From an uncultured Acidobacteriota bacterium (GTDB lineage Bacteria; Acidobacteriota; Terriglobia; UBA7540), in assembly GCA_963804995.1 (NCBI GenBank), contig CAWDSK010000001.1, positions 320,001 to 384,000 on the forward strand: a stretch of 64,000 nucleotides of DNA. Direction: 5' to 3'. How positions within the stretch are numbered: position 1 is the first letter of the stretch; the number at the start of each line of letters is the position of its first letter. This document shows positions 9,109-19,172 of the stretch, in pieces. Below the pieces are notes generated by a model, which saw only the letters and a list, made by a program, of their open reading frames with translations, was not told where the DNA came from and did no database searches. The position numbers and the translations under genes are program-made.

Positions 9109-9255
9109 AAATGTAGAAACTCCAGGGTACGGCAAGCCGTACCCCTACATCCGAGTATTGAGTGTGAGGGGTCGCATCTGAACATTTGCGAGACCTGCTG
9201 GCCGTGGGACCACGCCAGCAGAATCCTGGCTAAAATCTCGTGAAGAAGGTGCACG

Positions 9256-9654
9256 ATGAAACGACCAGTATTGGCCATTATATGTGCACTCCTGATGGGG
9301 AGTCTAACGTCAGGGCAAAATCCCACCGGTAAACCAGAGCTCAAGGAATTTCTCTACTTAATCCAACTCACCCGGCCTGACATGTTGCGCAGCGGCCCCA
9401 CCCCGGAGGAGTCGACAGCAGTCCAGAATCACGCCAACTACCTGAAGGACCTCACCGCCAAGGGGACAGTTATCCTGGCGGGTCGGACCCTCAACAATGA
9501 CGAGACCACCTTCGGGATTATTGTTTTCCGGGCAGCCTCGGAGGAAGCTGCACGCGAGATCATGAACGGTGACCCCGCGGTCCAGAAAAAAGTTTTCCGC
9601 GCCGCCCTATACCCCTTCAGCGTCGTCTTTATGGAGGCGGGAAAGGAACCGTAA
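9256..9654 (+). CDS. YciI-like domain protein with N-terminal signal peptide
   Basis: H..YL..L...G.VILAGRT, GIIVFRAASEEAA and DPAV pattern. Confidence 0.7.
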   Translation: MKRPVLAIICALLMGSLTSGQNPTGKPELKEFLYLIQLTRPDMLRSGPTPEESTAVQNHANYLKDLTAKGTVILAGRTLNNDETTFGIIVFRAASEEAAREIMNGDPAVQKKVFRAALYPFSVVFMEAGKEP

Positions 9655-9790
9655 ACGTCTGTTGGGAAGAGAAAAGAATCGGCCCGCTCGCTCCGTGAAA
9701 TGATCCCACCTTGAACGGTCCTCGACATCCATGGACCTCTGCACTTGACCCGGAAGCTGATTTCCGTTAGCTTTGCTGGTTTAAAAGGTC

Positions 9791-10525
9791 ATGGGAAAAC
9801 CGCGTGTAGCTCTTTTCATCACCTGCCTAGCAGACCAGTTTCTGCCTAACGTTGGTGAGTGCGTAGTAAAAGTCCTCCGGCGCCTGGACGTCGATGTCAC
9901 CTTCAACCCTGCGCAGACGTGTTGCGGCCAGCCGGCGTTCAACACCGGCTTTCGGGACGAGGCTCGCAGTGTGGCCATGCGGGTGTTGGACCTTTTTGAC
10001 GACGCCGACTATATCGTGGCGCCTTCGGGGTCCTGCACGTCGATGGTGCGGGTCTTCTACCCCGAACTCTTTGCGGATGACCCCGCGCGCCTGAGCAAGT
10101 GCGCGCAACTGCGGGAACGCTTCTTCGAATTCTCGGAATTCCTGGTGGAGGTCTTGAAGGTCGAAGACGTGGGGGCGAGTTTTAGGCACCGCGTGACATA
10201 CCACGATTCCTGCCACCTGCTGCGCGAACTTGGAGTCGGTGAAGCGCCGCGCAAGCTGCTCCGGAAAGTGCAGGGCATCGATTTTGTGGAGATGCAGGAT
10301 CAGAAACTCTGCTGCGGTTTCGGGGGCACATTCTCCGTGAAATTTCCCGAAGTCTCCGTGCCCATGGGCGAGGACAAAGTCCGCGCCGCTTCGGAGACCG
10401 GAGCCGAATACCTGGTGGCGGCTGACGGCGGATGCCTGATGCACATTTCAGGCCTGATTCATCGGCAAGGACTGCCGCTCAAGACCCTGCATTTGGCGGA
10501 GGTTTTGGCGGAGGAGGAGGGGTAG
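9791..10525 (+). CDS. lutA: Lactate utilisation Fe-S protein A (CCG domains)
   Basis: LFITCL, QTCCGQP, SGSC, YHDSCH and CCGFGG motifs. Confidence 0.88.
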   Translation: MGKPRVALFITCLADQFLPNVGECVVKVLRRLDVDVTFNPAQTCCGQPAFNTGFRDEARSVAMRVLDLFDDADYIVAPSGSCTSMVRVFYPELFADDPARLSKCAQLRERFFEFSEFLVEVLKVEDVGASFRHRVTYHDSCHLLRELGVGEAPRKLLRKVQGIDFVEMQDQKLCCGFGGTFSVKFPEVSVPMGEDKVRAASETGAEYLVAADGGCLMHISGLIHRQGLPLKTLHLAEVLAEEEG

Positions 10526-10544
10526 CGGTGGATAACTGGGAGAT

Positions 10545-10696
10545 CGGGCCATCGAGCCATCGGGTCATCGGGCCATTTAACAAATGCAAATCGCCAATTT
10601 GCCCAATGACCGTTTGGCTAAATGGCTTCATGCCCCGGTCGCCCGAAGATCCGATTACTCAATGGCCCGATGGCCCGATGACCCGATGACTCAATT
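10545..10696. repeat. Inverted arrays of degenerate 8-mer (CATCGGGC / GCCCGATG)
   Basis: Tandem octamers in opposite orientation between lutA and lutB; same unit at 55250-55293. Confidence 0.75.
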
Positions 10697-12119
10697 CATT
10701 GGCGTTCACAGCAACGAGATTCACCAGGGCGCTAAGCAGACCCTTGGCAATCAGCGCCTGCTCGACGCCTATCAGGCTTCGACCCTACGATTGTTATCGC
10801 ACCGGGGCCAGGCCATGGCCGAGGTTCCCGGATTCGAACGCCTGCGTGACCGGGCGCGTGAGGTGAAGCGCCAGACCATCGAGCACCTTGATTACTATCT
10901 CGCCCAGTTCGCCGACAAAGTTGAACAAAACGGCGCCAAGGTGCATTGGGCCTCCACGGCCGAAGAGGTGTGCAGGATTGTCGTCGATATCGCCCGCCAA
11001 TCCGGGGTGCAGGAAGTGGTGAAAGCCAAGAGCATGGTCGCGGAGGAAGTTGAGCTGAACCATGCCCTGGAGGCCAGCGGGATTCGCGGGGTTGAAACCG
11101 ACCTCGGCGAGTTCATCATCCAGTTGGCCGGCGACCGACCCGCGCACATCGTGGCCCCCGCCATCCACAAGACGCGCGAGGACGTTTCCGCGCTGTTCGT
11201 GAAACACATTCACTCGGAGCCCACCCTCGTACCCGAGGAACTGACCGCCATTGCCCGCCGGGCCCTGCGCGAAATGTTCCAGAAAGCTGGGATGGGCGTG
11301 AGCGGCGCAAATTTCGCGGTGGCTGAAACCGGAACCGTGGTTCTGCTCGAGAACGAAGGCAACATTCGCATGTGCTCGACCGTGCCGCGAGTCTACGTGG
11401 CGCTGGTGGGAATTGAAAAGCTCATTCCCTGCCTGGCAGATTTGGGCGTTTTCCTGCGGTTGCTCGGCCGCTCCGCCACCGGCCAAAGGCTCACTACGTA
11501 CACCTCCTTGCTGACCGGACCACGCCGTCCGGGCGAAGATGGTCCGGAAGAGATGCACGTGGTGTTGGTAGACAATGGCCGCACCAAGGCACTTGCCGAT
11601 CCCAAGATGCGTGAGATGCTCTATTGCATCCGCTGCGGGGCGTGCCTGAATACCTGCCCCGTTTACCGCAAGATCGGCGGACACGCCTATGGATGGGTTT
11701 ACAGCGGCCCCATCGGGGCGCTGGTCACGCCGGAATTTACCAGCATCGGCCAGGCGCGCGAATTGCCCTTTGCCTCATCCCTGTGCGGAGCGTGCCGCGA
11801 AGTCTGCCCGGTGAGAATCAACATTCCCGACCTGCTACTCCACCTGCGCGGTGAGGCCCAGCGACTCGCTCCCAAGCACACGGAGTCGCTGATGTCGGAG
11901 CGGCTCATGTTCCGGTTGTGGGCCTGGGCGATGCGGCATCCGAGCTTGTACGCGCTGGGTTCGCGGCTGGCCCGTTGGGGGCAGGTCCTGGTGGCGCGCC
12001 AAGGCTGGATTCGAAAGATTCCGATGTTCCCTGCTTCCCAGTGGACCAAAGGCCGTGACTTCCCCGCGCTTGCACCCATGGCCTTTCGCGACCGTTGGAA
12101 AAAACTTCAAGGCGAGTAA
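10686..12119 (+). CDS. lutB: Lactate utilisation Fe-S protein B
   Basis: ETDLGEFI, HIVAPAIH, ENEGN, CIRCGACLNTCP and SSLCGACREVCP motifs; the upstream ORF extension is repeat DNA. Confidence 0.9.
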   Translation: MTQFIGVHSNEIHQGAKQTLGNQRLLDAYQASTLRLLSHRGQAMAEVPGFERLRDRAREVKRQTIEHLDYYLAQFADKVEQNGAKVHWASTAEEVCRIVVDIARQSGVQEVVKAKSMVAEEVELNHALEASGIRGVETDLGEFIIQLAGDRPAHIVAPAIHKTREDVSALFVKHIHSEPTLVPEELTAIARRALREMFQKAGMGVSGANFAVAETGTVVLLENEGNIRMCSTVPRVYVALVGIEKLIPCLADLGVFLRLLGRSATGQRLTTYTSLLTGPRRPGEDGPEEMHVVLVDNGRTKALADPKMREMLYCIRCGACLNTCPVYRKIGGHAYGWVYSGPIGALVTPEFTSIGQARELPFASSLCGACREVCPVRINIPDLLLHLRGEAQRLAPKHTESLMSERLMFRLWAWAMRHPSLYALGSRLARWGQVLVARQGWIRKIPMFPASQWTKGRDFPALAPMAFRDRWKKLQGE

Positions 12120-12230
12120 AGAAAGCAGGTAGTGCGGTGCGCCGGAGCCGCATATGAAAACGGAAAGGCAAATGGCAAAAGGTAAAAGTTTAAAGCCGTT
12201 GATGGCGGTGGCAACTCGCCGGACGCTAAA

Positions 12231-12400
12231 ACCCCCTCACCCCCCGGCCCCTCTCCCCCAAAGGGGCGAGGGGGGAGTTAATTTGACTTACTCAGATGAG
12301 AGAGGGAGAGTGATTTGAATTCATAACCCTCGCCCCTTTGGGGGAGAGGGTGGACCGCTACCGGCGTTTTCATCAGCCGGGGCGGGACGGGTGAGGGGGT
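12231..12400. repeat. Inverted pair of family A REP-like units
   Basis: 12231-12275(+) short form and 12327-12400(-) long form with the CTGATGAAAAC hairpin. Confidence 0.8.
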
Positions 12401-12571
12401 CGACTAGGAACAAATTGAGAAGTGGGAAGCGCGCGGTGGCCTCCGACCGCAACCAAACTACGCCGTTACGCAGCCCCCGACCTGTCAGTACCCCTCATAT
12501 GAATACCATCCAAAAATGCGGCTCTGCGCTACCGTCTTCGCGAAGATCTTACCCTTCCATCGAGGTGCATC

Positions 12572-15277
12572 ATGTCCCGCTTTGATTTGATCCGAAAATG
12601 TGTTTTGGCTGCAGTTCTCATGGCAATGTCTGCTACGTGGCTCATCCAACCGGCTCGCGCCACGGACGGCCCGCAACCTCCCGCCAACTTGCGGTGCGAA
12701 TATCTGAAAAACCCATTGGGAATCGACGTGCGTCGGCCACGCTTCGCCTGGGTGCTCGCCCACACCCAGCGCGCGCAAAAGCAGGCCGATTACCAGATTC
12801 TGATTGCTTCGAGCCTGGAGCTCCTCAACCAGGACAAAGCTGACCAGTGGGACAGCGGCAAGACCGCCTCCGATGACTCCACGCAAGTCGTCTACAAAGG
12901 GAAGGCCCTGGAGAGCAACCGTTCCTATTACTGGAAAGTCCGCTACTGGGATCTTGAGGGCAATGCCAGCGAGTACAGCCACCCGGCAAGTTTCGATGTG
13001 GGGCTGCTTTCCGCGGAGGATTGGAAGGGGCAATGGATTGGCGGAGCGAATCAACTGCGCACGGAAATCCGGCTGCCGGAGGCCGTCAAGCGGGCGCGGG
13101 CGTACATTTCGGGCCTGGGCTACTACGAACTCAGAATCAACGGCAGGAAAGTGGGAAACAATGTTCTCGATCCCGGCTGGACAACTTTTGACAAGCGCGC
13201 GCTGTACGTCACCTACAACGTCACTTCCCAGCTACATGCCGGCGCGAACGCCATGGGCGTGATGTTGGGAGAAGGCTGGTATAAGTCCCGGGGCTTGCTG
13301 TTGCAGTTGAACATTGAGCTCGCGAGCGGCAAGCAGGTGAGCGTCACCAGCGGCCCTGCTTGGAAAGTCCAGAATGGCCCCATTACGAGCGACGGCGTTT
13401 GGGATGGGGAAGTCTACGACGCGCGGCTGGAAACCACGGGCTGGGATATGCCGGGGTTCGACGATTCCCGTTGGGCAGCGGCTCAGGCGGTAAAGGCGCC
13501 CGGCGGCGTGCTCTCCGCCCAGATGATGCCGCCCATCCGCGTCGTCGATTCTATCGTGCCCGTGGCCATGACCAATCCGCGGCCCGGTACGTATATCTAC
13601 GACCTGGGCCAGAACTTCAGCGGTTGGGCGGAACTTCACGTGCACGGTCCGCGCGGCACGGAAGTCCACTTGCGTTTTGCCGAGCTGCTTTACGACGATG
13701 GCACCATCAATCGCGAGAACCTGGGGCTCGCCAAATCGCGCGACATTTATATTCTGCGCGGGGAAGGCGAAGAAACCTTCCATCCGCGTTTCACCTACCA
13801 CGGCTTCCGCTACGTGGAGGTCACCGGCTTTCCCGGAACGCCGAGCCTCGATTCTCTGCGCGGCCGCGTCGTGCATACGGCGGTGGAGTCTACCGGAAGC
13901 TTCATGGCTTCCAAACCTATATTGAACCAGATTCATAAGATCATCCGCTGGTCGGACTTGACCAATCTGCACAGTGTTCCTACCGACTGCGACCAACGCG
14001 ACGAACGCCAGGGCTGGATGGGCGACGCCCAGACCAGCGCCGAAGGCATGACCCTAAACTTCGACATGGCGGCGTTTTACACCAACTTCCTGCGCGACAT
14101 CCACGACGTGCAGGGAGCGGACGGCACCGTCACCGACACCGTTCCCTTTCGCTACGGACAGCGGCCCGCCGATCCTGCCTGGGGCACGGCTTACCCGGTT
14201 ATCGCCTGGACTTTGTATGAGAAGTATGGCGACCGCCGAATTCTGGAAGAAAACTATGACGGGCTGAAGAAGTACGTGGAGTTTCTCCGCACCCGCGCAC
14301 CCGACAACGTTTTGCGCTACAGCTATTATGGCGATTGGGTGGCCATCGAGAAAACCCCCGGCGAGCTGGTCTCTGACTTTTACTATTATTACGACACGCT
14401 GCTGCTTTCCAAAATGGCCGGGGTGCTGGGCAATTCCGCCGACGTGGACACTTACACGCAGCTTGCCACACAGATCAAGGACGCTTTCAATCACGCGTTC
14501 TTTGACGCCAAGGCTAACAATTACGCGAACGGAACCCAGACGGCCAACGCCCTGCCGCTCTTCCTGAACATGGTCCCCCGTGAGCAGCGCGGCGCGGTGG
14601 AGGGGAATCTCGTCAACAATATCGTATACGGCCACGATACACACCTGACGACAGGCTTCATCGGCCTCCGTTACGTCTTCCCGGTACTCAGCGGCTCCGG
14701 CAACCCTGAGGTAGAGAACGCCACCGGCAACTCCGATTTGGCTTACGATCTCCTCACGCAGACGACCTATCCGAGTTGGGGTTACATGCTGGCGAAAGGC
14801 GCCACGACGCTTTGGGAAATCTGGCAGAATAAATCCGGCCCCGCCATGAATTCCCATAACCACCACATGATGGGAAGCGTCGATGCCTGGCTTTATGAGG
14901 GCCTGGGAGGGATCAATGCGGAGGCGGAGAATCCGGGCTACCGGCACTTCCGGATTGAGCCGCAAGTCGTGCGCGACTTAACCTCGCTGAGCGCGACCGT
15001 CGGCACGCTGCGCGGAGACATCACCTCCTCCTGGACCCACGCGCCGGGCGCCGTGACGCTGGATGTGGATATTCCCGTCAACAGCGCGGCCACCGTGTCG
15101 ATTCCCAGGGATGTTGAGATGACGGGAGTTGTGGTTCGGGAAGGAGACCAGGTGGTCTGGGAAAAGGGCCAATTCGTGGCTGGCCGTCCCGGCATCAGCA
15201 GTGCAAAAGACCAGCGCGGCCGCGTCATCTTCGAAGTGGGCTCGGGACACTACGCGTTCAGATTGACCGGGGAATGA
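12572..15277 (+). CDS. Secreted alpha-L-rhamnosidase (GH78)
   Basis: Signal peptide; LRCEY..NPLGID, DLGQNFSG, FTYHGFRY, PTDCDQRDER.GWMGD, GATTLWE and SHNH motifs. Confidence 0.92.
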   Translation: MSRFDLIRKCVLAAVLMAMSATWLIQPARATDGPQPPANLRCEYLKNPLGIDVRRPRFAWVLAHTQRAQKQADYQILIASSLELLNQDKADQWDSGKTASDDSTQVVYKGKALESNRSYYWKVRYWDLEGNASEYSHPASFDVGLLSAEDWKGQWIGGANQLRTEIRLPEAVKRARAYISGLGYYELRINGRKVGNNVLDPGWTTFDKRALYVTYNVTSQLHAGANAMGVMLGEGWYKSRGLLLQLNIELASGKQVSVTSGPAWKVQNGPITSDGVWDGEVYDARLETTGWDMPGFDDSRWAAAQAVKAPGGVLSAQMMPPIRVVDSIVPVAMTNPRPGTYIYDLGQNFSGWAELHVHGPRGTEVHLRFAELLYDDGTINRENLGLAKSRDIYILRGEGEETFHPRFTYHGFRYVEVTGFPGTPSLDSLRGRVVHTAVESTGSFMASKPILNQIHKIIRWSDLTNLHSVPTDCDQRDERQGWMGDAQTSAEGMTLNFDMAAFYTNFLRDIHDVQGADGTVTDTVPFRYGQRPADPAWGTAYPVIAWTLYEKYGDRRILEENYDGLKKYVEFLRTRAPDNVLRYSYYGDWVAIEKTPGELVSDFYYYYDTLLLSKMAGVLGNSADVDTYTQLATQIKDAFNHAFFDAKANNYANGTQTANALPLFLNMVPREQRGAVEGNLVNNIVYGHDTHLTTGFIGLRYVFPVLSGSGNPEVENATGNSDLAYDLLTQTTYPSWGYMLAKGATTLWEIWQNKSGPAMNSHNHHMMGSVDAWLYEGLGGINAEAENPGYRHFRIEPQVVRDLTSLSATVGTLRGDITSSWTHAPGAVTLDVDIPVNSAATVSIPRDVEMTGVVVREGDQVVWEKGQFVAGRPGISSAKDQRGRVIFEVGSGHYAFRLTGE

Positions 15278-15480
15278 GCAAGTGCGATGCGGGCCTGTTT
15301 CGTACCGCGGTGCCCCGGTTTTGTGATTCCGCGGCTTTTCCTTCGGCTGTGGCACAGCCACTCCTGGCTGTGTCGCTAAGTTCGAACCTCCAGCCGCAGC
15401 CACAGGTAGGAGGAGTGCTTCCGTGAGCGGCTGCGCCACGCCTGCTTCTTTACGCCGATACCTTCGCTCAATTGGCACAC

Positions 15481-15518
15481 GAAGAACCGCGGACCTCAAC
15501 GGCGGAGGTCCGCGCTAC
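15481..15518 (-). repeat. GTAG-type REP-like hairpin (GAAGAACCGCGGACCT..AGGTCCGCGCTAC)
   Basis: Related copies at about 17345-17410, 43352-43392 and 45998-46037. Confidence 0.7.
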
Positions 15519-15532
15519 GCTGGGCATTCCGC

Positions 15533-16113
15533 ATTTCGGACAATTCCACGCACCTTTTTTACGATTTGGGCTACCGGTAGCCCATTTGCATATATCTCTC
15601 TTGACAACAGCTCGCCCCATGCTAGCCTATTAAGTGGAGAATTGTTTCGTGCTGACACTACCCGCCACCGTGGAATGCCCAACGCCGCCGCGAAAATCGC
15701 ACCCCCTCGTCCCATGGCGCGGCTTACTTGAAAATGCGCTGCCGGGATTCCCGCTTCCTGCCTTCGCGGGAAGGACAAGCGTGAGATCCGTGCCCATTTC
15801 CCCGGCGCAGCGGGCCAAAAAACGGTTGGATATGACACGGATTGCGGTATCCTTCTGACGATGTTGATGATAATAAAGGAAGTTAGCGGAAATACTGATG
15901 ATCTACAGAAAAAGTCAACGCATTGAAACTAAGCCACTTGCTTGATTGACTGGCTCGGGTGCGCCACCGAATAATTTCAATCAGGATAGTCTAACGATGT
16001 GTATGAAAACAAAGGGGAGCAGCAGTGACAAATTGGCAAGTCTAACGATGTTGATGAAAACACACAAGTTAACCTACTTTTCTAACGATGTTTATGAAAA
16101 GAAAGGGAGTTAT
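15533..16113 (+). other. Palindrome-promoter-motif-array element, copy 1
   Basis: TGGGCTACCGGTAGCCCA 15567-15584; TTGACA 15601; TGnTAGCCT -10 at 15623; motifs with GATGT at 15860, 15996, 16047 and 16087; colinear with 52392-51559(-). Confidence 0.85.
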
Positions 16114-16375
16114 CAGGAATGGCGAGGTGTTTTGGAGAGAATTCTGGACTCGGGCTTGGGGGGGCGAGAAGCGGCGCTAGTTGCCCGGTGCGGCCACCAA
16201 AAAGGCGTGGCGACTTCGCCGGATGGAGAATGAAAATGCCGTACGGAAAATGCCAAACTGAGCCAGTGCCCAATGAGAAACCCGGTTGACAGCCGCGGAG
16301 GAACAGTTGAAAGTAGAAGTTCAGTACCCACCACGGCTTGATTTCAACTTTTGATCTGGACGGGAGTCCTGGAAC

Positions 16376-17323
16376 ATGAAGCTGGTAACTTATGAATCCG
16401 CTAAACAATCTCGCGTGGGAGTAGTCGAAGGCGAGTTCGTTGTTGATATTGCAGCAGCGTACGGAACGGTCGCGAAGGGAAGAATCGCCGACGCCAAATT
16501 GGCCGCGGCGGCAAAAGTGCTGCGGGCGCTGGGCCGGCCGCCTCAGGACATGATGGAACTCCTCGGGTTAGGTGAGAGATACCGGAAGGCGCTGGGGGTG
16601 ATCACCGCGGCGGCGGCGGCGCGCGGCAAAGGCCCGAAAGGCCTGCTAACGCCGATGCGCTCTGCCAAATTGCGAGCCCCCATTTCGAAGCCCAACAAGA
16701 TTACTTGCATCGGGCTTAACTACGCCGACCACGCTCGCGAGCAAGGTAAGGAGCCCCCAGAGAAGCCGATCTTCTTCCTAAAATCCCACAACACCATCAG
16801 CGGTCCTGGCGACCCCATCAAGCTTCCGCCCAACTCCGACCAGAACGATTACGAAGCGGAATTCGCGGTGGTGATCGGCAAGCGCGGCCATCGCATTCCG
16901 GAGTCAGAGGCCCACAAGTACATTGCCGGCTATACGATCTTGACTGACGTGACGGCACGCGACATGCAGTACGGCGACAGACAATGGTTCCGCGGCAAGA
17001 GTTGCGACACCTTTGGGCCTACCGGCCCGTGGATCGTGACGGCGGACCAAATCCCTGACCCCGATAATCTCCGCATCTCGCTGACGCTCAACGGCGCGAC
17101 CATGCAGGACTCGAACACCCACAACCTGATCTTCAAGGTTCCCTTTCTGATCAGTTATCTCTCGCAATCCCTCACCTGGGAAGTGGGCGATATACTCTCC
17201 ACCGGTACGCCGGCCGGCGTGGGCGTCTATCGTAAGCCTCCCGTCTTTCTGAAACCCGGCGACACGGTCAGCGTCACCGTCGAAGGTATTGGGACGCTTA
17301 CGAACCCGGTGGTCGGACCGTAA
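16376..17323 (+). CDS. Fumarylacetoacetate hydrolase family protein
   Basis: CIGLNY..H, DYEAE, DVTARD, GKSCDTF and TGTPAGVG motifs. Confidence 0.9.
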   Translation: MKLVTYESAKQSRVGVVEGEFVVDIAAAYGTVAKGRIADAKLAAAAKVLRALGRPPQDMMELLGLGERYRKALGVITAAAAARGKGPKGLLTPMRSAKLRAPISKPNKITCIGLNYADHAREQGKEPPEKPIFFLKSHNTISGPGDPIKLPPNSDQNDYEAEFAVVIGKRGHRIPESEAHKYIAGYTILTDVTARDMQYGDRQWFRGKSCDTFGPTGPWIVTADQIPDPDNLRISLTLNGATMQDSNTHNLIFKVPFLISYLSQSLTWEVGDILSTGTPAGVGVYRKPPVFLKPGDTVSVTVEGIGTLTNPVVGP

Positions 17324-17435
17324 AGGAGATTCCTCACCACCAGAAGGTCCGCGGTTCGTCCTCAAATGACAACAAAAAGCCGTGGGCCTCAAGAACAGGT
17401 CCACGCGACGAATGAGTGTAGTACGAGGCTGCATC

Positions 17436-18996
17436 ATGCAACTGCCCGAATTCAAGAATGAACCCTTAAGCGATTTCAAAGGCAATCCTCAGCATCGCCG
17501 CGGGATGGAAGACGCCTTGCAAGAGGTCGCGAAGGAACTGGGCCGTGAATACGATTTGGTCATCGGCGGCGGGCACATCAAGACTCAGGACAAACTGATT
17601 TCCTCGAATCCCAGCCACCCCGACCAGGTCGTCGGCATGTTTTCAAAGGCCGATGCTTCGCTCGCCGACCGTGCCATTCGCACCGCTGATGAAGCGTTCA
17701 AGACCTGGAAGAGGGTACGAGCGGAGAAGCGGGTCGAGTTGTTATTGAACACCAGCCGGATCCTGCGCGAGCGCAAGTACTACTACGAGGCCTGGTTGGT
17801 GTATGAGGTGGGAAAGACCTGGGCCGAGGCTGACGCTGACGTCGCTGAGGCCATAGATTTCGCCGAGTTTTACAGCCGGGAGATGTTGCGCCTGGCCATT
17901 CCCCACCCGCTCACGCCGGTCCCTGGTGAGAAGAATTATCTGAGCTATATTCCCCTGGGTGTGGGCATTGTGATTCCGCCCTGGAACTTTCCCCTGGCAA
18001 TTTTGGCGGGAATGACCCTGGCGTCCATCGTGGCGGGAAATACGGTGGTGATGAAGCCCTCCAGCGACTCACCCACCATCGCCTACAAGTTTTTCGGGGT
18101 CCTCGAGGCAGGCGGGCCTGCCTGCGGGTGTCGTGAATTTCCTGCCCTGCCCGGGGGGAACGGTGGGGGAAGTTCTGGTTCGCCATCCCCGCACGCGCTA
18201 CGTGGCCTTCACCGGATCAAAGGAAGTCGGACTGCGCATCAATGAGCAGGCGGCGCGGACGGCGCCCGGGCAAATCTGGGTGAAGCGCGTGATCGCGGAA
18301 ATGGGCGGCAAGGATTCGATCGTGGTGGCGAGCGATGCCGATCTTGAGGCGGCCGTGGAAGGAGTGGTGGCCTCCGCGTTCGGTTATCAGGGCCAGAAGT
18401 GCTCTGCCTGTTCCCGCGCCATTGTGGTGGAGGGGGTCTATGAGGCATTCCTCGCGAAACTCAAGCGACGCGTGGAGCAAATCTCCGTCGGCCCCGCTGA
18501 GCGCCCGGAAAATTACATGGGCCCGGTCATCAACGCCAAGGCGAAACAATCCATCCTGGAATACATTGCGATCGGAACAGAGGAAGGTCGTCTGATCACC
18601 GGGGGCAAGGAGGTTGCTGGGGGAGGGCATTTCGTTCAGCCGACCGTCATCGCGGATGTGCCGCCCACCGCCCGCATCGCGCAGGAAGAGATTTTTGGTC
18701 CAGTACTGGCGGTGATCCGCGCTGCAAACTTCGAGGAAGCCCTGGCCATCGCCAATAACACCGAGTATGGACTGACGGGCGCAGTGTACTCCCAGGACCG
18801 GCGGAAACTCGAGAAGGCTGCGGAAGAATTCTTCGTGGGAAACCTTTATTTCAATCGCAAATGCACAGGCGCCCTGGTGGGCGGGCATCCCTTCGGGGGA
18901 TTCAACATGTCAGGGACTGATTCCAAAGCCGGTGGAGCGGATTATTTGCTGCTCTTCTCCCAAGCCAAGGCAGTTGCCGAAAAGCTTACCACTTAA
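17436..18996 (+). CDS. pruA: 1-pyrroline-5-carboxylate dehydrogenase (RocA/PruA type); apparent +1 frameshift near 18107
   Basis: FKNEP, EAIDF, PPWNFP, FTGS, EMGGK, GQKCSAC, EEIFGP and PFGG motifs are split over two frames; removing one G at GAGGCAG restores [12 protein letters not shown]. Confidence 0.88.
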
Positions 18997-19172
18997 ATCG
19001 ATTACTGTTCAGTTAATGAAGTGTATGGAAAATACCCTTGACGAGGTTTTTAATCATATGGTTATCTTCTCAGCTTGCTTTCTCGCGCCGTTTTCGTATA
19101 ATTGGCACGCTGGAAATGGTACAGTTCCAACCAAATTTCTGGAAACCACCTTTTTTCAGGTTTTGAAGCGAC

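Larger units (their letters stand above)
7296..9125 (-). mobile_element. About 1.83 kb two-ORF insertion sequence (IS701/IS4-like DDE)
   Basis: TIRs CCTGGAGTTTTTACATTTA (7295-7313) and TAAATGTAGAAACTCCAGG (9108-9126) match 18/19; flanking direct repeat GGTACGGCAAGCCGTACC. Confidence 0.9.

Noticed and set aside
7587..9110. 507-aa ORF antisense to the transposase
   Set aside because: No recognisable motifs. Long shadow ORFs are expected opposite GC-rich genes.
10584..10685. N-terminal extensions of LutB (likewise RimI 5300-5437 and HolA 53746-53871)
   Set aside because: These are read-through of tandem-repeat intergenic DNA. Downstream ATGs fit the family N-termini.
15423..15731. Similar peptides in ORFs 15423-15731 and 52032-52406 (FTIWATGSPF.YI.LDN) as a protein family
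   Set aside because: They are translations of the conserved palindrome and promoter DNA, and the similarity appears in several frames and strands.
15855..16113. AT-rich motif arrays as CRISPR arrays
   Set aside because: The repeats are degenerate, the spacing is irregular (38-136 bp) and no cas genes are in the window.
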